Assembly: GCA_963820525.1 (NCBI GenBank)
Contig: CAWGAA010000003.1
Span: forward strand, 448,001 to 512,000
Length of the DNA: 64,000 nucleotides
DNA from: an uncultured Spirochaetota bacterium
GTDB taxonomy: Bacteria > Spirochaetota > Spirochaetia > SZUA-6 > Fen-1364
Direction: 5' to 3'
Shown: positions 9,980 to 19,126 of the stretch, piece after piece
Position numbering within the stretch: position 1 is the first letter of the stretch
Layout of the letters: each line of letters opens with the position of its first letter
The notes under the pieces: generated by a model
Seen by the model: the letters and a program-made list of their open reading frames with translations, nothing else
Told to the model about the DNA's origin: nothing
Database searches by the model: none
Position numbers and translations under genes: made by a program

Positions 9980-12900
9980 TCGAACGAAGGATCGCCGGCA
10001 CCAACAATCAACCCTCCCGGTGTGCTTCATGGCGAATGGCGCTCAGTGCGGCGCTTGCCTGCGCCGCCCTGGCGGTCCTTTCAGGCTGCCCAGATCCATC
10101 CAAGGACATTGATCTGAAAAAACTGATAGAAGACGACGTACACGCCGCCAACGCAGATATAGTCACGGTGAGGGTGGAGCCCGAGAACGACTCCGAGGGA
10201 AGCACAACCCCGTTTCCCACCTACGACGCTAAAGTCGGCATCCCTTTCTCCATTTACACGACGGTAAATGCCGATTACGCATTCATAAGGTGGGAGCAAA
10301 CAGGGGGAAACGGAGAAGTCGTATTCGAAGACGCGACAAAGACCGAAACAAAGGCCACGGTTAAAAAGAAGGCGGACAATATCGTCATTACGGCAACATT
10401 CGACGCGCGGCCGTATGTCGCCGGCATGCTACCGACGGGAAACGGTGTTATGCGCAACCAGCCCATTCGAATCGAGTTTTCCGAGTTGATCGATAGCACT
10501 ACGCTCTCTCTGGATACCACGGGGACGGGGTCCGGCACGATCAGCGTCAAAGCGAGAAGCCGTGATGTGCTCAACCCCCAGTCCGCTGTTTCCATCGCAG
10601 ATATTATTTCCTTCACCATCACTCAAGAGCCAGCGGGTTCATCCCCGACTTTCACTGCGGTGAACCTTGACGTGAAAAGCGGACAACAGCTTCCCGGACA
10701 GAACTTCATCACCGTGACCGTCCGAAAGAACGTCAGCGACATCGCGGGCAACATCATGAAGCAGGATGTCTCCTGGGAGTTCATTACTGGAAACAGCGTA
10801 GATGAAAATCCGCCCGTCATCAATTCATTTTGGATCATGCAGGGCGGCGCGACGCTTGCTGCCGATGGAAAGACGAAGTCACGGATGCTGACTCTGAACT
10901 TCGAGGCCGCCGATGACGGCATCATGGAAACGATCCATGTCGTGGAAACTCATGTGACCGACATGGACGGCACCCCCATTTCGAGGCAGCCGGTGCCAAC
11001 TGACCTCGACTACGCGAAGTCTACGATATACAGCCTCGCGACAACGGGTGACGGCAGGAAAAATATCACAGTTACCATCCTTGATACGTTCCGCCATGTA
11101 AGCGCGTCCAAAAGCCAGGACATCATTCTTGACACAACGGGGCCGGTGGCCTCGGCCTTTTCAGCGGAGTGCGGAGCATGGACCAACCTGGACTCCGTGC
11201 TGATCCATCAGACCGTGTCCGACGGCGGCACTCTGGGAAGCGCCGTGTCGAACATCTCGGCGAGCTTCTCCATCAACGGGGGCGTAAGCTGGCAGGCATG
11301 GCAGCCCGTGGTTGCCGTTCAATCCATTGCTATTTCAGGGACCGGAGCCGTCATCGTCGCGAAGTACCGCGACGAGTTGGGAAACGAGACGGCGTCTTCG
11401 GCATACCCCTCCGTGACGGTATCCCGTGATGTCGCGGCTCCCACAATTTCTTCCGTGCGGATCAATGCAGGCGCGCTCTACGCCACCGCCACGGCGGTGA
11501 GCCTCTCCATCACGGCGGTTGATAGCGGGGGAAGCGGCCTTGCCTCGTATCGCCTGGCCGAGACTTCGGATTTCAGCGGCTCCACCGCTCTTGATTGGGC
11601 TGCATGGACGTCGACGCCGTCGTTCACTCTCACATCAGGCGACGGACCCAAGACGGTATACGTTCAAGTGAGGGACGCCGCTGGCAACCTGGCCGCCGGC
11701 AGCGGCGGGATCACGCTGGATCTCACACCTCCCGTCATTTCCTCATTCCAGATCGCGGGCAGCGCGTCATACACCAGCAGCGCGGCGGTGAGCGTTTCGC
11801 TCAGCGCAGCCGACGGAACCGGGAGCGGAATATCGGGCTACCAGCTAAAACAGGGCACTCCGCCGACCGATGCGGACGGATGGACGAGTTGGGACGGCGC
11901 AGCCATCACTCCATCCTTCACGTTGAGCGGCACGGACGGAGCGAAGACCGTTTACGTCCGCGTCAAGGACGCCGCGGGAAGGGTTTCCTCAAGCTCTGAC
12001 GACGTGATTCTGGATACATGTGGACCTGCCATTTCCGCCTTCAGCGTGGCCAGTGGCGCGGCCTTCAGCGCGCCGGCAACGACCGTGAGCATAACAGCCT
12101 CCGACGCCGGGGTGGGAGTGTCGGCCTACCAGCTGAAGCAGGGCTCGATGCCCACGGATGCCGACGGCTGGACGAACTGGACGGGGGGAACCATCTCCCC
12201 CGCGTTCACGCTGAGCGGCGCCGACGGCATGAAAACGGTGTACGTCAGGGTCAAGGATTCCCTGAACAACATCAGCACAAGCTCGGACGGCGTCACGCTG
12301 GACGGCACGGCGCCCACAATCACGGACTTCAGGATCTTGGCGGGAGCGGCCTTTGCGGCGGCCTCCACGACGCTCAATGTCGCCGCTTCCGACGCCGGCT
12401 CCGGAGTGTCGGCCTATCAGGTGAAGCAGGACACGGCGCCCACCGATGCGGACGGCTGGACCGTCTGGACGGGCGCGGCAATTATCCCCGCATTCTCTCT
12501 CACGGGTGCGGACGGTTCGAAAACGGTGTACCTGCGGGTGAAAGACGGTGTTGGTAACATCAAAACGGGCCAGGACGATATAACCCTCGATGCCACCGGT
12601 CCTACGATAAGCACTTTCTCCGTCGCAGGTGCGGCGTCATATTGCGTTACTCCCACAACGCTGGATATTGCGGCGTCGGATGGCAGTGGAGTCGGGGTTT
12701 CGGCCTATCAGGTGAAACAGGGCTCGATGCCCACGGACGCCGACGGCTGGACCAGTTGGACCGGGGCCGCAATCTCCCCCGCGTTCTCGCTGAGCGGCGT
12801 GGACGGCCTGAAGACAGTATACATAAGGGCAAAAGACTCGCTGAACAACGTCAGCACAAGCTCGGACGACGTGACGCTGGACACCACGGCCCCGGGCATA

Positions 12901-15900
12901 ACGACGTTCAGGGTAGCAGGTGGGGCGGCCTGGGCGCCGCTATCCACCACGGTAGACATCACGGCCTCCGACGCCGGGGTGGGAGTGTCGGCCTACCAGG
13001 TGAAGCAGGGCTCGATGCCCACCGATGCCGACGGGTGGACGAACTGGACGGGCGGAACCATCTCCCCCGCGTTCACTCTCAGCGGCGCCGACGGCGGCAC
13101 GACTGTGTACCTGCGGGTGAAAGACTCCCTTGGCCACATTGGGACCGCGCAGGACGACGTGACGCTGGACGGGACGCTGCCGGACATAACGACGTTCAGC
13201 ATAGCGGGTGGGGCGAACTACTGCGTTGCCGACACGACGCTAGACATCACGGCCTCCGACGCCGGCTCCGGAGTGGCGGCCTACCAGGTGAAGCAGGGCT
13301 CGATGCCCACCGATGCCGACGGGTGGACGAACTGGACGGGGGGAACCATCTCCCCCGCGTTCACTCTCAGCGGCGCCGACGGCAATACGACGGTGTACCT
13401 GCGGGTGAAAGACACGGTGGGCAACATCATGACGGCGCAGGACTCCGTGTATCGCGACACCACGGCCCCGGGCATAACGACGTTCAGGGTAGCGGGTGGG
13501 GCGAACTACTGCGTTGCCGACACGACCCTAGACATCACGGCCTCCGACGCCGGGGTGGGAGTGTCGGCCTACCAGGTGAAGCAGGGCTCGATGCCCACCG
13601 ACGCCGACGGGTGGACGAACTGGACGGGGGGAACCATCTCCCCCGCGTTCACTCTCAGCGGCGCCGACGGCGGCACGACGGTGTACCTGCGGGTGAAAGA
13701 CTCCTTTGACCACATCGGGACGGCACAGGACAACGTGACGCTGGACACCACGGCGCCGGGCATAACGACGTTCAGGGTAGCGGGTGGGGCGGCCTGGGCG
13801 CCGCTATCCACCACGGTAGACATCACGGCCTCCGACGCCGGGGTGGGAGTGTCGGCCTACCAGGTGAAGCAGGGCTCGATGCCCACCGATGCCGACGGGT
13901 GGACGAACTGGACGGGCGGAACCATCTCCCCCGCGTTCACTCTCAGCGGCGCCGACGGCGGCACGACTGTGTACCTGCGGGTGAAAGACTCCCTTGGCCA
14001 CATTGGGACCGCGCAGGACGACGTGACGCTGGACGGCACGCTGCCGGACATAACGACGTTCAGCATAGCGGGTGGGGCGGCCTGGGCGCCGCTATCCACG
14101 ACGGTAGACATCACGGCCTCCGACGCCGGGGTGGGAGTGTCGGCCTACCAGGTGAAGCAGGGCTCGATGCCCACCGATGCCGACGGGTGGACGAACTGGA
14201 CGGGCGGAACCATCTCCCCCGCGTTCACTCTGACCGGCGCCGACGGCAATACGACGGTGTACCTGCGGGTGAAAGACACGGTGGGCAACATCATGACGGC
14301 GCAGGACTCCGTGTATCGCGACACCACGGCCCCGGGCATAACGACGTTCAGGGTAGCGGGTGGGGCGAACTACTGCGTTGCCGACACGACGGTAGACATC
14401 ACGGCCTCCGACGCCGGGGTGGGAGTGTCGGCCTACCAGGTGAAGCAGGGTGCCTGGCCCACCGATGCCGACGGGTGGACGAACTGGACGGGGGGAACCA
14501 TCTCCCCCGCGTTCACTCTCAGCGGCGCCGACGGCGGCACGACGGTGTACCTGCGGGTGAAAGACTCCCTTGACCACGTCGGGACGGCACAGGACGACGT
14601 GACGCTGGACACCGCGGCGCCGGGCATAACGACGTTCAGGGTAGCGGGTGGGGCGGCCTGGGCGCCGCTATCCACGACGGTTGACATCACGGCCTCCGAC
14701 GCCGGGGTGGGAGTGACGGCCTATCAGGTGAAGCAGGGCTCGATGCCCACCGATGCCGACGGGTGGACGAACTGGACGGGCGGAACCATCTCCCCCGCGT
14801 TCACTCTCAGCGGCGCCGACGGCGGCACGACGGTGTACCTGCGGGTGAAAGACTCCCTTGACCACATTGGGACCACGCAGGACGACGTGACGCTGGATGG
14901 GACGCAGCCGGACATAACGACGTTCAGCATAGCGGGTGGGGCGAACTACTGCGTTGCCGACACGACCCTTGACATCACGGCCTCCGACGCCGGGGTGGGA
15001 GTGTCGGCCTACCAGGTGAAGCAGGGCTCGATGCCCACCGATGCCGACGGGTGGACGAACTGGACGGGCGGAACCATCTCCCCCGCGTTCACTCTCAGCG
15101 GCACCGACGGCAATACGACGGTGTACCTGCGGGTGAAAGACACGGTGGGCAACATCAGGACGGCGCAGGACTCCGTGTATCGCGACACCACGGCCCCGGG
15201 CATAACGACGTTCAGGGTAGCGGGTGGGGCGAACTACTGCGTTGCCGACACGACCCTTGACATCACGGCCTCCGACGCCGGGGTGGGAGTGACGGCCTAC
15301 CAGGTGAAGCAGGGCTCGATGCCCACCGACGCCGACGGGTGGACGAACTGGACGGGCGGAACCATCTCCCCCGCGTTCACTCTCAGCGGCGCCGACGGCG
15401 GCACGACGGTGTACCTGCGGGTGAAAGACTCCCTTGACCACATCGGGACGGCGCAGGACGACGTGACGCTGGACACCGCGGCGCCGGGCATAACGACGTT
15501 CAGGGTAGCGGGTGGGGCGGCCTGGGCGCCGCTATCCACGACGGTTGACATCACGGCCTCCGACGCCGGGGTGGGAGTGTCGGCCTACCAGGTGAAGCAG
15601 GGCTCGATGCCCACCGACGCCGACGGGTGGACGAACTGGACGGGGGGAAGCATCTCCCCCGCGTTCACTCTCAGCGGCGCCGACGGCGGCACGACGGTGT
15701 ACCTGCGGGTGAAAGACTCCCTTGACCACATCGGGACCGCGCAGGACGACGTGACGCTGGACAGCACGGCTCCGGAAGTTGTCACCGCAACCTTTAATGT
15801 GAGCGCGGCCTTAGAGCTCAATGCAGATTTTACTGAAGCCGGCTCGGGGCTCGATCTGGGTACGGATAAGGTAATTTATTGGAGAACCTCAAGCCCTGCG

Positions 15901-16749
15901 ACTAAATATTATGCAACAGCAGCCTTAGCAGACAGCGACACATTTACGGCAACCCTCAGCAGTGTCAACTGGAGTTTTACATTTACCATACAAGATAATG
16001 TGGGCAACGTTGGCACGCAGCGTTCGTTCACCAAGAGCGGAAGTAGTACCTATACGCTGGATACGTTGGGCGGCGGTTCCTCGCCTGCCGGGGCGGTCTT
16101 GGGGATAATATCCGCTACAGTTCAACCCCCCGCTGCGGCAAGGAACCAGAGCACGGCACCGCAGGAACGCTTGGCGGCATCGCGCGCGCGTCCAGCGGCG
16201 CAGCCGCTCACGCAAGCAGCGCCACTGAGCGCTCAAGCTGCCCCGATTCTTCCCATGGTGACTCCCGCTCCAATCGCTTCGCCCGAGCGGAACGAAGCTC
16301 CCGTTTATCAGCCCACCACGGCTTCAAAGCGGGAAAAGAGCGTCGTGGAGAGAAACGGCACGACCGCAATATCTCCTATGGTCGCGGAGTCTTCGCCTGA
16401 ACCGCCTCAGAAAACGGATATCGGAACCGAACCCGACAGGCCCGGCAAGGAATACGTTCAACGGGACAAGGCAGCGCACCCGGCGGCGGCGCCGCAGGCA
16501 AGCGCCCCGATGACGGCACAGCAGGCAAGCCTGCCGGTGACGGAACCCGTCCGCGAGGCTGCCGGACAGGCCGCCAGAACGGTATCGGTCACGCAGGCGC
16601 CGAACAATCCACTGCCGTCAAACAACGAAAGGGACGACGGCAACTCGAAGCCCGTTCCTCGGCAGAACCTGTGGATTCCTCAGGAAACTCCCAGGCGGAA
16701 GAGAAAAATGGACGATGAAGAATGGAGTTCGCCGGGCTCCTTGACGTGA
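9976..16749 (+). CDS. Giant (~2257 aa) surface lipoprotein with Ig-like domains and ~15 tandem ~96-aa repeats (putative adhesin)
   Basis: ATG 9976 overlaps the upstream TGA and has a GGAGG RBS; lipobox LSG-C (Cys at 10087); Big_5-like segment IRIEFSELIDSTTL..DIAGNIM..WEFITG; repeats with DG.KTVY.RVKD..GN. Confidence 0.85.
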   Translation: MIERRIAGTNNQPSRCASWRMALSAALACAALAVLSGCPDPSKDIDLKKLIEDDVHAANADIVTVRVEPENDSEGSTTPFPTYDAKVGIPFSIYTTVNADYAFIRWEQTGGNGEVVFEDATKTETKATVKKKADNIVITATFDARPYVAGMLPTGNGVMRNQPIRIEFSELIDSTTLSLDTTGTGSGTISVKARSRDVLNPQSAVSIADIISFTITQEPAGSSPTFTAVNLDVKSGQQLPGQNFITVTVRKNVSDIAGNIMKQDVSWEFITGNSVDENPPVINSFWIMQGGATLAADGKTKSRMLTLNFEAADDGIMETIHVVETHVTDMDGTPISRQPVPTDLDYAKSTIYSLATTGDGRKNITVTILDTFRHVSASKSQDIILDTTGPVASAFSAECGAWTNLDSVLIHQTVSDGGTLGSAVSNISASFSINGGVSWQAWQPVVAVQSIAISGTGAVIVAKYRDELGNETASSAYPSVTVSRDVAAPTISSVRINAGALYATATAVSLSITAVDSGGSGLASYRLAETSDFSGSTALDWAAWTSTPSFTLTSGDGPKTVYVQVRDAAGNLAAGSGGITLDLTPPVISSFQIAGSASYTSSAAVSVSLSAADGTGSGISGYQLKQGTPPTDADGWTSWDGAAITPSFTLSGTDGAKTVYVRVKDAAGRVSSSSDDVILDTCGPAISAFSVASGAAFSAPATTVSITASDAGVGVSAYQLKQGSMPTDADGWTNWTGGTISPAFTLSGADGMKTVYVRVKDSLNNISTSSDGVTLDGTAPTITDFRILAGAAFAAASTTLNVAASDAGSGVSAYQVKQDTAPTDADGWTVWTGAAIIPAFSLTGADGSKTVYLRVKDGVGNIKTGQDDITLDATGPTISTFSVAGAASYCVTPTTLDIAASDGSGVGVSAYQVKQGSMPTDADGWTSWTGAAISPAFSLSGVDGLKTVYIRAKDSLNNVSTSSDDVTLDTTAPGITTFRVAGGAAWAPLSTTVDITASDAGVGVSAYQVKQGSMPTDADGWTNWTGGTISPAFTLSGADGGTTVYLRVKDSLGHIGTAQDDVTLDGTLPDITTFSIAGGANYCVADTTLDITASDAGSGVAAYQVKQGSMPTDADGWTNWTGGTISPAFTLSGADGNTTVYLRVKDTVGNIMTAQDSVYRDTTAPGITTFRVAGGANYCVADTTLDITASDAGVGVSAYQVKQGSMPTDADGWTNWTGGTISPAFTLSGADGGTTVYLRVKDSFDHIGTAQDNVTLDTTAPGITTFRVAGGAAWAPLSTTVDITASDAGVGVSAYQVKQGSMPTDADGWTNWTGGTISPAFTLSGADGGTTVYLRVKDSLGHIGTAQDDVTLDGTLPDITTFSIAGGAAWAPLSTTVDITASDAGVGVSAYQVKQGSMPTDADGWTNWTGGTISPAFTLTGADGNTTVYLRVKDTVGNIMTAQDSVYRDTTAPGITTFRVAGGANYCVADTTVDITASDAGVGVSAYQVKQGAWPTDADGWTNWTGGTISPAFTLSGADGGTTVYLRVKDSLDHVGTAQDDVTLDTAAPGITTFRVAGGAAWAPLSTTVDITASDAGVGVTAYQVKQGSMPTDADGWTNWTGGTISPAFTLSGADGGTTVYLRVKDSLDHIGTTQDDVTLDGTQPDITTFSIAGGANYCVADTTLDITASDAGVGVSAYQVKQGSMPTDADGWTNWTGGTISPAFTLSGTDGNTTVYLRVKDTVGNIRTAQDSVYRDTTAPGITTFRVAGGANYCVADTTLDITASDAGVGVTAYQVKQGSMPTDADGWTNWTGGTISPAFTLSGADGGTTVYLRVKDSLDHIGTAQDDVTLDTAAPGITTFRVAGGAAWAPLSTTVDITASDAGVGVSAYQVKQGSMPTDADGWTNWTGGSISPAFTLSGADGGTTVYLRVKDSLDHIGTAQDDVTLDSTAPEVVTATFNVSAALELNADFTEAGSGLDLGTDKVIYWRTSSPATKYYATAALADSDTFTATLSSVNWSFTFTIQDNVGNVGTQRSFTKSGSSTYTLDTLGGGSSPAGAVLGIISATVQPPAAARNQSTAPQERLAASRARPAAQPLTQAAPLSAQAAPILPMVTPAPIASPERNEAPVYQPTTASKREKSVVERNGTTAISPMVAESSPEPPQKTDIGTEPDRPGKEYVQRDKAAHPAAAPQASAPMTAQQASLPVTEPVREAAGQAARTVSVTQAPNNPLPSNNERDDGNSKPVPRQNLWIPQETPRRKRKMDDEEWSSPGSLT
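11428..15762 (+). repeat. Coding tandem array: 5 diverged units (11428-12879) plus 10 near-identical 288-bp units (12880-15759)
   Basis: GTGGACGAACTGGACGGG recurs every 288 bp from ~13035 to ~15627; 15760-12880 = 10 x 288. Confidence 0.95.
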
Positions 16750-16933
16750 GCGCCTCGAACTCTTCGGCGACAAGGGCGCGGTGAGCGCGTCGACCTCCAG
16801 GGGAGTCTTTTTCACGACCCGCCGGCGCCGGCCGGCTGTGTGTCGGGCTTCGCGACGGAGCCGACCCTTCTTGGACACTGCCCGAGGTGGGGGATCTGCT
16901 CGTAGTGGGGGGCTACGGCGCGCATGGACGGCG

Positions 16934-17091
16934 GGCGTCACTCTTGCCGGGATCAAGGGAGAAGAGCGGCTCCCTCTATTTTAGCGCAAGAAACACGGCG
17001 ACGAAAAAGCTCTTGAAGACGCAGTCGACGTTCGCGAAACCCGCCTCTTTCAGCCAGCGAAGCTGGTCTGAAAGGGACGCGTCCCGGTCAT
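16934..17091. repeat. Right copy of ~158-bp imperfect direct repeat (partner 4214-4371)
   Basis: Contains a decayed permease tail (GVTLAGIKG; stop TAG changed to GAA) and the 3' end of the intact methyltransferase. Confidence 0.95.
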
Positions 17092-17653
17092 AGCGCGATC
17101 GCCGATCTATGCTCTCCTGTATCCGCTCTTCAGGAAACCCGGCTTTGCGCACCTGGCTGAGCCAATGGCTCCAATACAATTCCTTCACGGCAGGCGTCTC
17201 GCCTCTGACCTGATCCACATTGATGAACGCGCCTGCATCCTTGAGCAAGCCGTGGATCCTCTTGAACAGCTCGCGCTTTTCCGGGTCTTCCAGGTGATGA
17301 ATCGACAGGCTCGATATTACGAGGTCGAATTCTCTCGACACGTGGATCTTTTTATAATCTCCCACAGTGTACTGGAACTGCGCGGAGTGCCCACGGAACC
17401 TGTCGCGAGCCACTCCGAGCATCTTGTCGGCCACGTCATAGAGCAGGAAGCTCGCCTTGGGATATTTCTTCAGTATGTGATCCGAGAACAGGCCGGTTCC
17501 CGCCCCCAGATCCAGAACTTCGATGGGCGCTGACGGGTCGAAGGGAATCAAATCCTGGGCGGTCCTGAAGATCTCGTCATAGCTCGGCACGGCCTTTCTC
17601 ATCCACTCGTCGTAGTACTCGATGGTTGCATTGAAGGCCTCATCGATGGTCAT
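16976..17653 (-). CDS. Class I SAM-dependent methyltransferase
   Basis: VLDLGAGTG motif I; FDLVISSLSIHHL. Confidence 0.93.
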   Translation of the reverse strand: MTIDEAFNATIEYYDEWMRKAVPSYDEIFRTAQDLIPFDPSAPIEVLDLGAGTGLFSDHILKKYPKASFLLYDVADKMLGVARDRFRGHSAQFQYTVGDYKKIHVSREFDLVISSLSIHHLEDPEKRELFKRIHGLLKDAGAFINVDQVRGETPAVKELYWSHWLSQVRKAGFPEERIQESIDRRSRYDRDASLSDQLRWLKEAGFANVDCVFKSFFVAVFLALK

Positions 17654-17885
17654 GGCTCATCTCCTTGCCCGAGCGGCGCCTGGTCATTGCTGGAGGCTCC
17701 ATTTCGCGCCTCTAGAGGCCAGGGTAGCCGAACTTGAGCCTTTTCGGCAAATGGCGAGCGAGGCGAGTCAGCCCTTCCCGGCCGCGAACGTCACCTCCCG
17801 AAGCCGCGATGAGCGACTGTACTGATTCTTGAAGTTTCTTGATTACCCACATTTGCATTATTAAATTGGTCCAGGAGGAAAAGTT

Positions 17886-18272
17886 ATGAGTTACTATTTT
17901 AGCAAAGTTATAGAAATGCCTTTTGATAAAGCCTTAGAACAGGTTATTAAGGCCTTAAAAGAGGAAGGCTTCGGCATTCTCACCGAAATAGATGTACAAG
18001 AAACATTAAAGAAGAAATTAAATGTTGACTTTCGACGGTATAAAATCCTCGGCGCCTGCAATCCACCCTTTGCTTACCGTGCTTTGCAGGCGGAAGATAA
18101 AGTGGGAACCATGCTCCCATGCAATGTCATCGTTCAGGAGACTTCGGATACCCGAGTTGAGGCAGCAGCAATAGATCCTATTGCTTCCATGCAGGCTATC
18201 CGGAATGAGAAACTTGCCGGCATAGCCAGCGAAATACAGCATAAATTAAGAAGAGTTATCGAAAGCCTGTAA
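17886..18272 (+). CDS. DUF302 family protein
   Basis: GFGILTEIDV, YKILGACNPPFA and MLPCNVIV motifs; AGGAGG RBS; AT-rich relative to the window. Confidence 0.9.
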   Translation: MSYYFSKVIEMPFDKALEQVIKALKEEGFGILTEIDVQETLKKKLNVDFRRYKILGACNPPFAYRALQAEDKVGTMLPCNVIVQETSDTRVEAAAIDPIASMQAIRNEKLAGIASEIQHKLRRVIESL

Positions 18273-18309
18273 GAGGCTGCTAGCTTTTATCCTGGGCGAT
18301 CGCTGCAGC

Positions 18310-18636
18310 TCACTTCTTCTTCATCGTGCAGCAGTCCAGCCGTTCATGGCCGAAGGCCTTCTCGTTGTTCTCCGCCATCCGTATGAGAAAGCGTTTGAAG
18401 GGGTTACGTTCGCCTTCGATGGGAACTTTGTAGCCGATGCCTTCGACGATTCCTCGGATTTGATCGAGGCTTATAATATAGGGATTGTATTCGATACGCA
18501 TCCGACCTATAGCGACCTGGATGCTGTCGATGCCGGGCTCGTTCGCGAGTGCAGCCTTGATCCTTTCTGCACATGCCATGCAGCTCATCCCTTGAACGGC
18601 AAGCTCCGCAGATTGAACGAGTGTCATGTCATCCAT
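18310..18636 (-). CDS. Heavy-metal-associated (CopZ-like) domain protein with C-terminal LDCC motif
   Basis: VQGMSCMACAERI HMA motif; GGAGG RBS. Confidence 0.85.
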   Translation of the reverse strand: MDDMTLVQSAELAVQGMSCMACAERIKAALANEPGIDSIQVAIGRMRIEYNPYIISLDQIRGIVEGIGYKVPIEGERNPFKRFLIRMAENNEKAFGHERLDCCTMKKK

Positions 18637-18687
18637 GTGTCCACCTCCTGTGCGGGTGCTTCCCGCACGGAACTCATCGGTGCAGGC

Positions 18688-18978
18688 TCAATTCCGCTCG
18701 GGGGGAGCGGGGAGAAGAAGCTTCGACGCATTGACGGTCGTGTTTGATACGGGCTTTTGCACACCGCATCCTTCGTGGCCATGTCCGCCGTCTTCCTGCC
18801 CACGACTATGCCCTTTACCCATGAAGGCCATCATGAGAACGTGGGAGAGAGGGCAAAGCAGGACAAGGAACACCGAAAACGCGCCGAGACGTACCCCCAG
18901 GCGCGGCAATATAAAAAGGGCGGCCAGCATGACTGCGCAACCCGCCATCATAAGCCATGTCATTTTCCCCATCTTCAT
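18688..18978 (-). CDS. Small membrane protein, DUF2933-like
   Basis: Two TM segments; LLCPLSHVLMM followed by a His/Gly-rich tail; GGAGG RBS. Confidence 0.7.
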   Translation of the reverse strand: MKMGKMTWLMMAGCAVMLAALFILPRLGVRLGAFSVFLVLLCPLSHVLMMAFMGKGHSRGQEDGGHGHEGCGVQKPVSNTTVNASKLLLPAPPERN

Positions 18979-19006
18979 AGGTCATTACCTCCAAACTGAC
19001 AAAATC

Positions 19007-19026
19007 TGCCCCACCCCGGTGGGGTG
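19007..19026. promoter_or_regulatory. Putative CsoR operator 1
   Basis: TGCCCCACC-CC-GGTGGGGTG, ~30 bp upstream of the DUF2933-like/HMA genes. Confidence 0.75.
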
Positions 19027-19126
19027 TAAACACCACCCCAGCAATTCAGAAACTTCAAGCGCCTCGGCCTACCTCATCCAAGTACCCTCCGCTCTCATCT
19101 CCCCCATCACGAGATGTGGGGCGCTT

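Noticed and set aside
12880..15759. CRISPR array or DGR template/variable repeats
   Set aside because: The units are 288 bp, in frame and protein-coding, with no unique spacers. Differences are block swaps rather than adenine-specific changes. No cas or reverse transcriptase gene is present.
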